Origin: an uncultured Nitrososphaerales archaeon
Lineage (GTDB): Archaea; Thermoproteota; Nitrososphaeria; Nitrososphaerales; Nitrososphaeraceae
Length of the DNA stretch: 64,000 nt
Direction of reading: 5' to 3'
NCBI GenBank assembly: GCA_963695855.1
Contig: CAVOHZ010000004.1
Coordinates: 1 to 64,000, forward strand
The translations under genes and the position numbers were made by a program. Position 1 is the stretch's first letter. The number at the start of each line of letters is the position of its first letter. Positions 11,773 to 22,434 of the stretch are shown here, in pieces. The notes beneath the pieces are model-generated. The model was given only the letters and a program-made list of their open reading frames with translations, ran no database searches and was not told the origin of the DNA.

Positions 11773-12825
11773 TGTTGTACTTACATAGATCGGTAACAGA
11801 TTCACTTACCAACATGGGTAACACTTTTTATCTGCTTGATTTTCTTGTTACCTTTATGATTATTTAATCTTCCTTTCCTAAGAAACATTTCAGATGGTGT
11901 GTGACCATTGATGCCACCATGTTCTCTTTCTTCATTGTATGCTTTTACAAACATGGCATACATTCTCTTTCCATCTTCTACATTAGGAATATTTTCTGCT
12001 GCTAAAAATTCGTTTTTTACTATCTTGTTATATGCTTCTATCTTTCCCTGTAGTTGCGGATATCTGGCAGGTATGGATTTATCTTTAATGTTATTACGTT
12101 GTAGAAAACGTCTAAATATTCTGGATGTAAACTGTTTACCATTATCATGCATTACCTTTTCTGGTTTCCCATTCTCTACAATATAGTCTTCTAGTACATG
12201 CAATACATCTATGCTTCTTTTTCTTTCAGACCAGTCACTTGATACCTTTCTTGAACAATCGTCTTCACAACTGATAAAATAGTTCTTTTGAGCACAATTT
12301 TCTAGATAAAAAGGACCTAAAATATCCATCTGTACCATTTGATTGGGTTTTTTCATTGCAAACCTATTCCATTTTCTTTTATTCCTTATCTTGCATTCCA
12401 GGATATTCAGACCATGTCTTTTCAATATCTTGTATATGATTCTTGTACTTAGTGACATCTCCTCTAGTCTTTTTAACCTGAATCTGATCCGGTTACATCC
12501 AAATCTTTTTGTTATACGTAAATCCAATATTTCTTCTTCTATCTCTTTTGTTATTTTTGCAGGTTGTATATTGTGTGGTTTTCTACTTCTATCATGTAGA
12601 CCATTTATTCCATACTTTAGGTACCTGTTCCTCCACTTGTAGTATATCTTTCTGGATATTTGATATCTAGTACAAATATCAGTTACCGTATCTCCAGTCC
12701 ATTCTTTTTCATGAATTAAATTATATCTTGTTTGTATTTCTATTTTTTATACACTTCCTAGCAGAACTAGAAAGTGTTACCCATGTCAGTAAATGAAATT
12801 GTAACCTATGTTAGCAAGTACAACA
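11773..12825 (-). mobile_element. IS481-family insertion sequence
   Basis: TGT...ACA ends, about 54-bp imperfect terminal inverted repeats (TGTTGTACTT...CATGGGTAACACTT), and a 6-bp target duplication ATTAGG (11767-11772, 12826-12831). Confidence 0.92.
11802..12746 (-). CDS. IS481-family DDE transposase (HTH plus rve integrase core)
   Basis: QMD...DDCSR...HDNGKQF...PQLQGKIEAYN...YNEEREHGGING.TP. The frame stays open upstream of the listed 12527 start to 12746, adding an HTH (DICTRYQISRKIYYKWRNRY). Confidence 0.9.
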   Translation of the reverse strand, partial: KIEIQTRYNLIHEKEWTGDTVTDICTRYQISRKIYYKWRNRYLKYGINGLHDRSRKPHNIQPAKITKEIEEEILDLRITKRFGCNRIRFRLKRLEEMSLSTRIIYKILKRHGLNILECKIRNKRKWNRFAMKKPNQMVQMDILGPFYLENCAQKNYFISCEDDCSRKVSSDWSERKRSIDVLHVLEDYIVENGKPEKVMHDNGKQFTSRIFRRFLQRNNIKDKSIPARYPQLQGKIEAYNKIVKNEFLAAENIPNVEDGKRMYAMFVKAYNEEREHGGINGHTPSEMFLRKGRLNNHKGNKKIKQIKSVTHVGK

Positions 12826-12842
12826 ATTAGGTATATTTACGG

Positions 12843-13943
12843 CTAAGGTTTTGCTTCATAGATTAAATTGAATGGTGTCTGAGTTGCACGCCTGAATTTG
12901 GTAAATCCAGCTGCTTCTACTATCTCTTTTATTTTCTTTTCACCTGCCTGTGCACCTAATGCAGGACCATTATCTGCTAAAGAATTTGGGACACATACAA
13001 GAGTAGACGCTGCATAATATGTTCTGCCTACCACATTAAGGTTCTCTTCTATCTTGTCATTAGCCATTGGTTCTATGATCATACAGGTTCCATCTGGTTT
13101 AAGTGATTGCTTTGCAAATTGCATTGCTCCGATAGGATCACCCATATCATGTAAGCAATCAAAAAAAGTAATTAGATCATAATCATTGCCAATTGATTTA
13201 TCGTTTGCAGAGACGGACCTAAATTCTATATTGCCTGTTATTCCTTCTTTTCTTGCTTGTTCTTTAGCTTGTTCAATAGATGGAATATGATTATCAAAAC
13301 CATAAAATTTAGAATTTGGATAAGCTTTAGCCATAAGAATTGTTGATATACCAAATCCGCATCCTATGTCGGCAACTTTAGCTCCTTGCTTTAGTTTTTC
13401 TTCGACTCCGTCCAGTGAAGGAATCCATGAACTCACAAGATTGCCTACGTAATTAGGTTTAAAAAATCGTGCAGTACCTTCAAAGAGATCATGGTGATGC
13501 TCTCCCCATCTTAACCCCTTTCCAGTTTTGAACATTTCTACAAGCTTATCTTCATCTTTAAAATAAGACCTTATAGCTTGATATGCTCCATGAATATACA
13601 CAGGACTATTCTCATCTGCTAATGCCATTGCTTGTTCAGGCGGAAGAGTATATTTTCCATCTGATGAATTGTATATTATATAGCCTCCAGCAGCTTGATT
13701 TGCTAACCATTCTCTAATAAGTCGTTCATTTGTGTTAGTCTTTTTTGCTAATTCTTCTGATGTAATAGGCTTTCCAGATTCTGCCATTGCCTTGTATAAG
13801 CCAAGTCTGTCTCCAATAATCAGAAGGATTGAACTCAGAGTACTTGCAATATCTCCACCAGCTTTTAGCATAAAGTCATGAAGTTTTTGTTCATCAATGT
13901 TACTAGAGGTAGTATTTCCTTGCATTTTGTTATGGAGTACCAT
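12843..13943 (-). CDS. Class I SAM-dependent methyltransferase with N-terminal winged helix (Rv2258c-like)
   Basis: VADIGCGFG motif I, FFDCLHD, and N-terminal GDRLGLYKAM...ERLIREWL. Confidence 0.9.
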   Translation of the reverse strand: MVLHNKMQGNTTSSNIDEQKLHDFMLKAGGDIASTLSSILLIIGDRLGLYKAMAESGKPITSEELAKKTNTNERLIREWLANQAAGGYIIYNSSDGKYTLPPEQAMALADENSPVYIHGAYQAIRSYFKDEDKLVEMFKTGKGLRWGEHHHDLFEGTARFFKPNYVGNLVSSWIPSLDGVEEKLKQGAKVADIGCGFGISTILMAKAYPNSKFYGFDNHIPSIEQAKEQARKEGITGNIEFRSVSANDKSIGNDYDLITFFDCLHDMGDPIGAMQFAKQSLKPDGTCMIIEPMANDKIEENLNVVGRTYYAASTLVCVPNSLADNGPALGAQAGEKKIKEIVEAAGFTKFRRATQTPFNLIYEAKP

Positions 13944-14190
13944 ATATATATTATTTATTCTTTTAATTTATCTTAAAGAAAAAGAAAAAGAGTAGTTCGT
14001 AAATTTTAAATTATATAGAAAATGTAAGTGAACTCCAGTTTATAATATTTAATTATCTAGTAATACAGAATAACAATAAAAAAATAAATTATTCTCATAA
14101 ATTAAGAAATAAACTATTGATAATCTTGATAAATATATAATAACAATAATTAAATTAGAAATTATTAATACAATGAATATCTATACAATA

Positions 14191-14231
14191 ATACATGCTT
14201 AAAGTTAATATCAACGTCATGCCCTGGCGCT
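14191..14231 (+). repeat. att-like motif copy 3 (degenerate)
   Basis: ATACATGCTTAAAGTTAATATCAACGTCATGCCCTGGCGCT aligns with 11333-11379, with a short deletion in the GC-rich part. Confidence 0.45.
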
Positions 14232-14264
14232 TTTTTAGGTTATAACGTTTAATCAATATCTAAA

Positions 14265-14744
14265 AATTGCAATTTTCCAGAAATTTCAAAAAAACGAACA
14301 GATGAACTTTGAATTTGGATGCAAAAAATTCTATAAAGGATAGATGGTTCTGCTTCATTTGTCGGATTTGTTAGTGTTCTAGCAGGATAATTTGGAATTC
14401 CATATATAGATTGAATAGGAAGTACGAGAATAGCAGGATACATATTTTTTATGGCTTATGTAGCTCTAAAAGAATCCACATCAATTCTAGTTGATTCAGT
14501 AAATGATATTTTGTTAAGAAACAAAATAAAAAGACACATAGAAAAGAGGTGTAATGTACGAGTATCAAATATAATGATGATAAAACCACGAGGATATTCT
14601 TTTACAGCTGAGGCTAGTATTAAATTGGATAAAAATATTATTTTAGGAGAAAGTACAAAGATTGTAGAAGATATTGAATCATCTGTAGTCAAGACTTTTA
14701 AAACAGCAAATACATTAATTGTACCGCTTCTGGATTTTGTTTAA
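14265..14744 (+). pseudogene. Cation diffusion facilitator (CDF) transporter, 3' fragment
   Basis: DGSASFVGFVSVLAG*FGIPYID*IGS...GYIFFMAYVALKES is closely similar to the CDF at 37700..38575. It has in-frame stops and no 5' half. Confidence 0.8.
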
Positions 14745-14835
14745 AAAGATTCTTATTTGTAACTTAATTCTATTTTATATTTCACAGTAGATTAAAACTG
14801 TTTTTGATCATTTATATTGTTCACAATGATGAAGG

Positions 14836-15555
14836 TCATCCAAATAAACCGAAAAAGGGCTTATTTTTGGCTTTATCATTATCTTTTGCAATTGTATTAG
14901 TTTTATCAACATTTTTTGTATCACTACTATATTTTATATTCTCACAATCATTTTCTGGAGTGGTATCTTTTTGTGTGAGGTTAAAATCAGTAACTGTGTC
15001 CGTCGTCTCCTCGCCACACATGAATATGTCTTTACCAAATCCACCTGTTAGTGTATCATTTCCAGGACCTCCTATCAATACATCATTTCCTCTATCTCCA
15101 AATATTCTATCATTACCTTTTCCTCCATCTATGCGATCGTCTCCTGCCTTTCCTTTTAAGACATCTCTACCTTCATTTCCATATAGGATATCATCACCAT
15201 TTCCACCGCTTATATCATCTCCAGCTTCTTTTCCATCTATCGTATCATTTCCACCAAATCCTCTGATAGTATCTTGATTCAATGTGCCAACAATATTGTC
15301 TGGGTTTTCTGTTCCGTTTATCTCCTCTGCCCATACCATTGGGAGTCTATCATCATATTGTTGTCCTTCTTTATTAGATCCTGTTTCCAAAAATACAGTA
15401 AAACAGGATAGTAGTAGTAATACACAAAACAAGGATATGTAAAATATTGAGATATTTGGATGTATAGTATTTGAAACAATCGAGTTATCCATTCTTCTTC
15501 TTCGTCGTATATGGATATTATTATTACCAATAAAGAATGTATGACTTGGTCTCAT
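14836..15555 (-). CDS. Exported protein with hemolysin-type (RTX) Ca-binding repeats
   Basis: Repeated GGxGxDxLx nonapeptides (GGNGDDILY, GGKGNDRIF, GGPGNDTLT) after an N-terminal hydrophobic segment. Start may be 15492. Confidence 0.85.
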   Translation of the reverse strand: MRPSHTFFIGNNNIHIRRRRRMDNSIVSNTIHPNISIFYISLFCVLLLLSCFTVFLETGSNKEGQQYDDRLPMVWAEEINGTENPDNIVGTLNQDTIRGFGGNDTIDGKEAGDDISGGNGDDILYGNEGRDVLKGKAGDDRIDGGKGNDRIFGDRGNDVLIGGPGNDTLTGGFGKDIFMCGEETTDTVTDFNLTQKDTTPENDCENIKYSSDTKNVDKTNTIAKDNDKAKNKPFFGLFG

Positions 15556-16114
15556 CTATTATAATAATAAATAGTAAAAAGCGATTTAAAGAATTATTGC
15601 AGGATACTTGCATAAAAAATGTGTGGTATTATTGTCAATAGAATTTTATGGGTAGATGGGTAGATAATTTATCAGTGTACCGTAATCTACTATAGTCAGG
15701 CTGATTAATATTTACAAAATAGATTTGAGTTTTCAGTGAAATGGTTAACTGCAAAAGATGATGAGTAAATTAGAAAAGTTACCTCGAGGGAAAAGGAGAT
15801 TTTCTAAAGCATATTTGTATGTCAACCCACATATATTTAATAAATACATATTAAATCAGAAATTAAATATGGAAATATATATATGTCATCGTATAAGGGA
15901 TCAAGTCGAATCGGAAAATATAGAGTTGAAGTAAGAAGAAATAGCTAATAGAATTAAGTAAATTTCTGAGGTCACAAATATAAATTTAGACCTTTAGCAA
16001 TGATAATTTGAACATAGTAGTACTTGGTATAGATAGCTTTTGTATATTACAGCGATCATTATATTTATAAAATTTTAATAAAGTATAATAAAGTACTATT
16101 GAAAATAAAAAAAT

Positions 16115-16252
16115 TTAGTGACTGTGCCCACAGCCACAACCTGTATCTCCATGTCCTTGTCTTTCCATACAAGAAGGACAAATAGCAACATTATTTTCAG
16201 ACATAAAGGAAACACCACATGATGTACACTTTAATTTTTGAATTCCTTCCAT
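16115..16252 (-). CDS. 45-aa zinc-finger microprotein with a Cys/His-rich tail (not in ORF track)
   Basis: Hand translation: MEGIQKLKCTSCGVSFMSENNVAICPSCMERQGHGDTGCGCGHSH*. Confidence 0.75.
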   Translation of the reverse strand: MEGIQKLKCTSCGVSFMSENNVAICPSCMERQGHGDTGCGCGHSH

Positions 16253-16940
16253 GTCCTACAATGATATTTATCCCTATTAAAACGTTAGCAACTTTTATAA
16301 TCTAATATTATTTTATATGAGATCGGAATAAATTTAAATATGATTCATTCTTTTTTACCAATTGTAAATTTATTAAAAAATGAAATACGGTTGTTGATAT
16401 CCCTATCCATATATAATCTAATAATATTGGGTTTATGCCTGGTGGGACCAAGAATACTTTGTATCGCTAAAAGCTTTATAGGTCATACTTATCAAATGTG
16501 TTCATGTCATAATTGAAGCCCGATTTCAACGGAATAATCTAATAAATAAATCTCCAGATCCTCTTATGGGATCAATTTTCTGATTATCAAAAAGGACTAA
16601 GTTGTAACTCCAAAACAGATGTAATCATATAAGGAAGATAAATAACCACAGATTAAGTTCCATCAATATCTCCAAGAATAGAATAAGTAAATCTAAAATA
16701 TCCTTGTTTTGATTTGAGTATACGATACCCCAGGTGAGACCCAATAGTTTTTTTAATTAAATCTATTTTATTATTACTTCAAATAATGATATTACTTAAG
16801 GATTCGAAGAGAATAATAAGTTATATATTATTTTATATAATTTAATTGACTCTATTATTTTGCATAATGATATTCCCAGACATTTGTATCAAATATTTAA
16901 AACTTTTAAATTCAATATAAAGTAAACATTAAGGCTAACA

Positions 16941-17792
16941 ATGAAAAGAGGAGAGAGAGTAGTCATAGTGACGGGGGCATCAAGTGGAATAGGATTCGAA
17001 ACATCTTTACTATTAGCTAGAAACGGTTTCATGACATATGCAACCATGAGAAATCTAGATAAATCCACAAGATTATCAAAACTAGCAAATAAAGAAAAAC
17101 TAGACATAAAAATTAGAAAACTAGATGTCAATGATGAAACTGGAATAAACAAAACTATCGATCAAGTAATATCTGAAACGGGCAGAATAGATGTACTTGT
17201 AAATAATGCAGGATATGCCATTTTCGGGGCACTCGAAGATATCGCTTTGGACGAGATAAGAGAACAATTTGAAACAAACTTTTTTGGACCTGTCAGGACT
17301 ATCAAGGCGGTAATACCAATAATGAAAAAGCAAAAGAGCGGTAAGATAATAAATATAAGTTCTATCGTAGGCAAATTTGGTGTACCTTTCAATTCCGCCT
17401 ACGTAGCTAGCAAATTCGCATTAGAGGGAATTACGGAATCTATAAGATATGAATTACATGATTATAATATTAAAATTATTTTAGTGGAACCTGGCATAAT
17501 CAAATCACATTTTTTTCAGAATGTTAAACTATCAAACCAATCAACTTCTAGCTATTCCAAGTTATTAAAAAAGAGAATTGAAGGCATAGAAACTATGTTA
17601 AAACAAGCTACGGACCCAGTAATAGTGGCTCAAGCAATATTAGATATAATTAATTCTAGGATTACAAATATCCGATATCCTGTAGGTCATGATGCTAAAT
17701 TCATCATAAAATTAAAGAAAAATGTTACAGAAGAAGAATTTGAAGACCGACTAAGAAATACTTTTTCAAGTGGTAAAGGATATATCAACTAA
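16941..17792 (+). CDS. Short-chain dehydrogenase/reductase
   Basis: TGASSGIG, NNAG and YVASK motifs. Confidence 0.93.
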   Translation: MKRGERVVIVTGASSGIGFETSLLLARNGFMTYATMRNLDKSTRLSKLANKEKLDIKIRKLDVNDETGINKTIDQVISETGRIDVLVNNAGYAIFGALEDIALDEIREQFETNFFGPVRTIKAVIPIMKKQKSGKIINISSIVGKFGVPFNSAYVASKFALEGITESIRYELHDYNIKIILVEPGIIKSHFFQNVKLSNQSTSSYSKLLKKRIEGIETMLKQATDPVIVAQAILDIINSRITNIRYPVGHDAKFIIKLKKNVTEEEFEDRLRNTFSSGKGYIN

Positions 17793-18159
17793 TATTTTTT
17801 CTCGGAAAAATAAAAAATTGTTAATGTAAACAAGTGGTACAAAAAAAAGCAGAACATCAAAAATAAAATAATTTCAAGAGTGGCATTCAAAGTTTTTTAG
17901 TCGTTCTTATTCTCTTCTAGACAATTATTAAATAGATTAAGAAAATATATAATAGAGAAAAGATTAGCTTGGTTGGAATAATTTTTTCTGAAATTAATTT
18001 ATTTTTAAATCTATCAAAAAATAGTCTTGTGGAAATATTGATGACTAGAAGAGATCAAATACGATCTTGATACCCCCCCTCTCTCCCTCCTCGAAGTGAT
18101 CCTATATTAAAATAACCAAAAAATTGAGATCTTATTGATTTGCGAGGTATTGAAATAAA

Positions 18160-18492
18160 ATGATTGTAGGATTTGAAACTAATTTAGAAGAAATGGCAAA
18201 TAAAGTAATTCTAGAATCCAAATCCAATATGAGCATAGAAGATGACAATCCTACTCATAATCAGTTTTTGGAACTTGAAATAGAGGTACTGCAATGGGTC
18301 TTGGCTGTAAAAAGCAAACAAGATAATGATCTACATTCTTTGAAGAGAATAATTCAGGAAAGAATAAATAAACTGTACATAGAACTAGAAAAGACGGGAA
18401 ATATCTCGAACATAAACAAAATTTCATATATCATTAACATATTGAAACCATGTTTGTTTATAATAAGTCTGAATTTGGGAGAGAAACGCTGA
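18160..18492 (+). CDS. Hypothetical helical protein
   Basis: 110-aa ATG-initiated ORF with no recognised motif. Confidence 0.5.
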   Translation: MIVGFETNLEEMANKVILESKSNMSIEDDNPTHNQFLELEIEVLQWVLAVKSKQDNDLHSLKRIIQERINKLYIELEKTGNISNINKISYIINILKPCLFIISLNLGEKR

Positions 18493-18737
18493 GAAAATTT
18501 TATTAAAAAATATTAATCTGTAAAGTCTTAGTAGAATCATTCAAAATAGTACTTTTAAAAAATAAAATATAAATTTAAAAAATTAAAAACAAGCTATTAA
18601 ATTAATATAAAATTGCTAAAATTGAATGTCCTGCAGTATTATTGAATATTGGGTGACGATCCAGACGTTTGTGTAATAATTGAATTTGGTCAAAAAATAT
18701 AGGAAATTCTAAATCATCGACAATATATTATATTATT

Positions 18738-19712
18738 ATGGCTGTCACAAGACATATGGTTGATTCAAATGATAGAATAGTAAGTAGAAGAGGAACTAGT
18801 GGTTTATTTATTGTTGGAATTTTTGTAATTATTATTGGGTTGGGAATAGGATTTTTTTTAATTGATGATAATACAGTTGAAATCTTATCGGTAATAGGTG
18901 GAATTTTATTAATTATTTCATCATTTATTTTCATAATCAAACAGTATGAAAGATCGATTATTTTGAGATTAGGAAAATTTACTAAGCAAAGAGATCCTGG
19001 TATCCATAGCAGAATTCCATTTATTGATAACGTACTTGTAGTAGACATAAGAGAAAAAGTTAGAGAATTTAATGCTGAGAGAATGTTGACAAAAGATAAT
19101 GTTCCAGTTACAATCGATGCAATATTGAGATACAAAATTATTGAGGAGAGAACTAAAGATGCTATATTAAATGTAGAAAATTTTAATGAGATGATTAAAC
19201 AGGTTTCACAAACTACTTTAAGAAATAACATTGGTTCATCTTTATTTCAGGATGTATTATCTAAAAGAGAGGAAATTAATTACCATATCAGATCCATAAT
19301 ATCAAGTGAGGCAAGTAATTGGGGGATTGAAGTTACAGGTGTAGAAATTCGCCAGGTAATCATACCACAAGAATTAGAAGCGGCTATGTCGAAACAAGCA
19401 CAAGCTGAAAGAGAGAAAAGTGCCAGGATTACATATAGTGAATCAGAGGTTCTAGTTGCAAAAAAATTTCAAGAGGCATCCAAAACCTATGCAAATAACC
19501 CAATTGCATATGCGTTAAGACAATCCAATATGTTATTCGAATCGATAAAAGTTCAAGGAAACACTATTGTAATGGTGCCTTCAGAAAGCTTGAATTCTAT
19601 GGGATTTGGAAATTTAGCAATGACTGTTGCATATCTAGAGAACACAAAAAAAGCTGCAACTCTCAAAGAACAAACAGAAAAGGAAATTGAAATAAATAAA
19701 TTCAAGGAATAG
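18738..19712 (+). CDS. SPFH/band 7 (stomatin-like) membrane protein
   Basis: YERSIILRLGK, LTKDNVPVTIDA, WGIEVTGVEIR, AMSKQAQAEREK. Confidence 0.92.
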   Translation: MAVTRHMVDSNDRIVSRRGTSGLFIVGIFVIIIGLGIGFFLIDDNTVEILSVIGGILLIISSFIFIIKQYERSIILRLGKFTKQRDPGIHSRIPFIDNVLVVDIREKVREFNAERMLTKDNVPVTIDAILRYKIIEERTKDAILNVENFNEMIKQVSQTTLRNNIGSSLFQDVLSKREEINYHIRSIISSEASNWGIEVTGVEIRQVIIPQELEAAMSKQAQAEREKSARITYSESEVLVAKKFQEASKTYANNPIAYALRQSNMLFESIKVQGNTIVMVPSESLNSMGFGNLAMTVAYLENTKKAATLKEQTEKEIEINKFKE

Positions 19713-19740
19713 ATTGTGGTTAAATTTTATAATAAAAATT

Positions 19741-20020
19741 AGAGTTGCGTAACTAACTACGGCTAACACATTTAGCTACCTATTTTAGTCATAATTTGGG
19801 GAACTGGAGAAATTATAATTAATATATGCTAAAGAGGTGAAATATTACTTGATATTGACGTTATTGATAACTAGCATATTGAATTAGAAAAGATGAACAA
19901 AAACAAGCAAGGCCGAAAATTTGTATATCCAGATTCATTTATTTATCAAATTACTTGGTTATATGATGATATATTTTCATTTACTACCAGATAGACAGAA
20001 TGAAGGTGTAGTAGAACACA
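19741..20020 (+). mobile_element. Decayed IS5-like transposase remnant
   Basis: Fragmentary MNKNKQGRKFVYPDSFI...LLGYM..YFHL...RQ.EG resembles the N-terminus of archaeal IS5-type transposases. There are many frameshifts and a possible left end near 19741. Confidence 0.5.
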
Positions 20021-20081
20021 TCAAATTGGTTCGGCGTATACCACAAATTCAATATATACCTCAATTGCATTCATTTTAGTC

Positions 20082-21065
20082 TTGTTCAAGGATCTTTCAA
20101 AAAATAGAATAGATAATAAAAAGCCACGAAAGGAGGGATTAACTTACATTATAGACAAACTATCATCACTTGATAAAGATACCTTTGAAATTTTATCACC
20201 AGAAATAGATATGGTAAAAATTTACAATGTATTTCCATTATTAATGTCAGAATCTCAATTAGCAAAACGAATTAACTTCTATCATGATTTTAATATTCTT
20301 GTATCTACAGGAAGCACATTTGCAGAATATGCAATAATGAATAAATCACTTGATAATTTTGTAAAGGATATTTCTAAGATGGGATTTGACATCATAGAGA
20401 TAGGAGAAAGTCATGTAGATTTGACTCTGGAACAGAAAGAAAAAATCCGCGATATGATATTATCCAATAACTTAGAGATTCATTGGAAAATAGGAAAAAA
20501 GGATCCACGTCATCAACTTGGAGTAAGTACCATAATTACAAAGATAGATGAGGCAATAAAAGTTGGAGCAAATAAAATAATTTTAGAAGCCAATCAGGGA
20601 TATAATGTAGGTATATATGATGAAAAAGGTCTAGTAAAATGGACTTTTATTAGAGCTCTCACAGCTAAGTTTCCACCAAGTACATTTATTTTTGAAGCTC
20701 CTCTTGAATCTCAACAATCTGCATTATTAGCCGAATTTGGTGAGCGAGTAAATCTCTCAGAAATAGGAATAGAATTTCTGGCATCAATAGAATCCCAAAG
20801 ATTAGGGTTTTTATCTAAATCAAGTTTCAGTTTAACGTATCTTAAACCACCAGATGGAGGACCAGCATTAAAGTTTGTGTATTATATAATCAAAAATAAA
20901 AATCCAATAGATCAAACAGAATTGATAAATCTAACTCATATGCCAAGAAGAACTGTTCAGAGTGCGTTGGATGAACTTTTATCTCAGGGACTGATATCTG
21001 AAAGGTCAAGTTTAGATGATGCAAGAAAAAAAGTATATTACCCTATTCAATCTGATTGGCTTTAG
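20082..21065 (+). CDS. comA: Phosphosulfolactate synthase (ComA) family protein fused to a C-terminal winged HTH
   Basis: KPRKEGLTYIIDK, STGSTFAE, GFDIIEIGE, IGKKD, IILEA, FEAP...Q...FGERVNL...ESQRLG, followed by DQTELINLTHMPRRTVQSALDELLSQGLI...DARKKVY. Confidence 0.85.
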   Translation: MFKDLSKNRIDNKKPRKEGLTYIIDKLSSLDKDTFEILSPEIDMVKIYNVFPLLMSESQLAKRINFYHDFNILVSTGSTFAEYAIMNKSLDNFVKDISKMGFDIIEIGESHVDLTLEQKEKIRDMILSNNLEIHWKIGKKDPRHQLGVSTIITKIDEAIKVGANKIILEANQGYNVGIYDEKGLVKWTFIRALTAKFPPSTFIFEAPLESQQSALLAEFGERVNLSEIGIEFLASIESQRLGFLSKSSFSLTYLKPPDGGPALKFVYYIIKNKNPIDQTELINLTHMPRRTVQSALDELLSQGLISERSSLDDARKKVYYPIQSDWL

Positions 21066-21488
21066 ATTTAGTTCTTCTTCTAGTACATAAATGAATAAAA
21101 TATTAAGAGCAATATGAGATTAATTAGATTCTTTGAATTACAATCGCAATCAACAGGTATCCAAAATGTATTATATAAAAAAATAAATAATGATTGTTAT
21201 TTATCTGTGTTGACATTAAATTTTGTTTTGATCCATATACATCAAAACAAACCAACATGTAATCATCAAAATATAATGTTCTTAAGTATTTTCATTTTTT
21301 TACAAATTGGGCATATATCTCTGCGATTTTTATTTTTTAGTATTGTGGCAAACCAATAACAATATTCGCAAAGTACAAATCGACAATCTTTTTTTTCATA
21401 ATAACTTCTATTTTCAATTATGTATTGGTTCTGCAAAACATTTAAACTCTCGATATTTGAGGATATTATCTATACAACCATAATCATA

Positions 21489-22139
21489 TTATGTTTTCTT
21501 CACTTGACTAATTTGTAGAATGTTTGAATCTTTCATGCTATCATTTGAAATCCTGCGAATTTCTTTTAGATATGCATCATATCTTATATTAAATCCATCC
21601 TTATTTATATCAAAATAGACGTCAATATTATTTGGTTCAGATATCATTGCCAGGAGCGTTAATAGTCTTCTAACATCATTATCGTTATTTATAATTGAGG
21701 GTTCAAATACTATAGAAGACAATAATGTGACTAAATTCCTACGAAGTCCAAGAAGATGGAATGAATGAGTAAGGAATAATTTGGCATCAAAGGTATCGCC
21801 TGCTAATGCGGATAAACAAAAATCAAATAATAGATTTTTCAAAGGAACTCCAGAACTATTCTTTTGTAATTCTCTATAACGTCTAGGATTTTCCACTAAC
21901 TCCTCTATCCCTGAATCTTTCAGAAATTTATTAAGAAGTTTGATGATATCTCTCAGGCTAATAGTGTTGCTCCCGACGTCTAGTATCCCTAGCCTAGTTG
22001 CTATTCCGTCTATATCCGTAAAATTATATTTAGAATCTATAGATGTATTAGGAGCTAGTTCTCCAATTCCTGAAATGTCTACTTCTATAGGTATATATTC
22101 AATTAGTCTTTCTATTTCTTTGAATATTCCATGACTCAT
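21489..22139 (-). CDS. Hypothetical protein
   Basis: 216-aa ORF with no recognised motif. Confidence 0.65.
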   Translation of the reverse strand: MSHGIFKEIERLIEYIPIEVDISGIGELAPNTSIDSKYNFTDIDGIATRLGILDVGSNTISLRDIIKLLNKFLKDSGIEELVENPRRYRELQKNSSGVPLKNLLFDFCLSALAGDTFDAKLFLTHSFHLLGLRRNLVTLLSSIVFEPSIINNDNDVRRLLTLLAMISEPNNIDVYFDINKDGFNIRYDAYLKEIRRISNDSMKDSNILQISQVKKT

Positions 22140-22434
22140 TGACTTGTCAATGTTAAATATGCTTTATTTCATTTATTATTCTTAGGAAAGATGCAAGTTT
22201 TGGACAATATATGCAAATTAAAACAATTCAAATAACATTATTCATACTTTTCACTTTAAAACATATAAATATCCCATATTTTACTTAAAATACGCAATAT
22301 TTGCATTATGATATATGTAATATATACACATATTTGAATTTAATATGTAATTTAGACAATATTTGTGTATAAATTGCATATATATTGCAATTTTTGTTAT
22401 AAGTTTATACACATAGGATTAATAATAAAATTTA

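Noticed and set aside
14804-15277. 157-aa Pro/Ser-rich plus-strand ORF
   Set aside because: Antisense to the Gly/Asp-rich RTX gene.
20082-21065. Evidence of methanogenesis or a complete coenzyme M pathway
   Set aside because: ComA homologues occur outside methanogens, and no comB-E or mcr genes are in the window.
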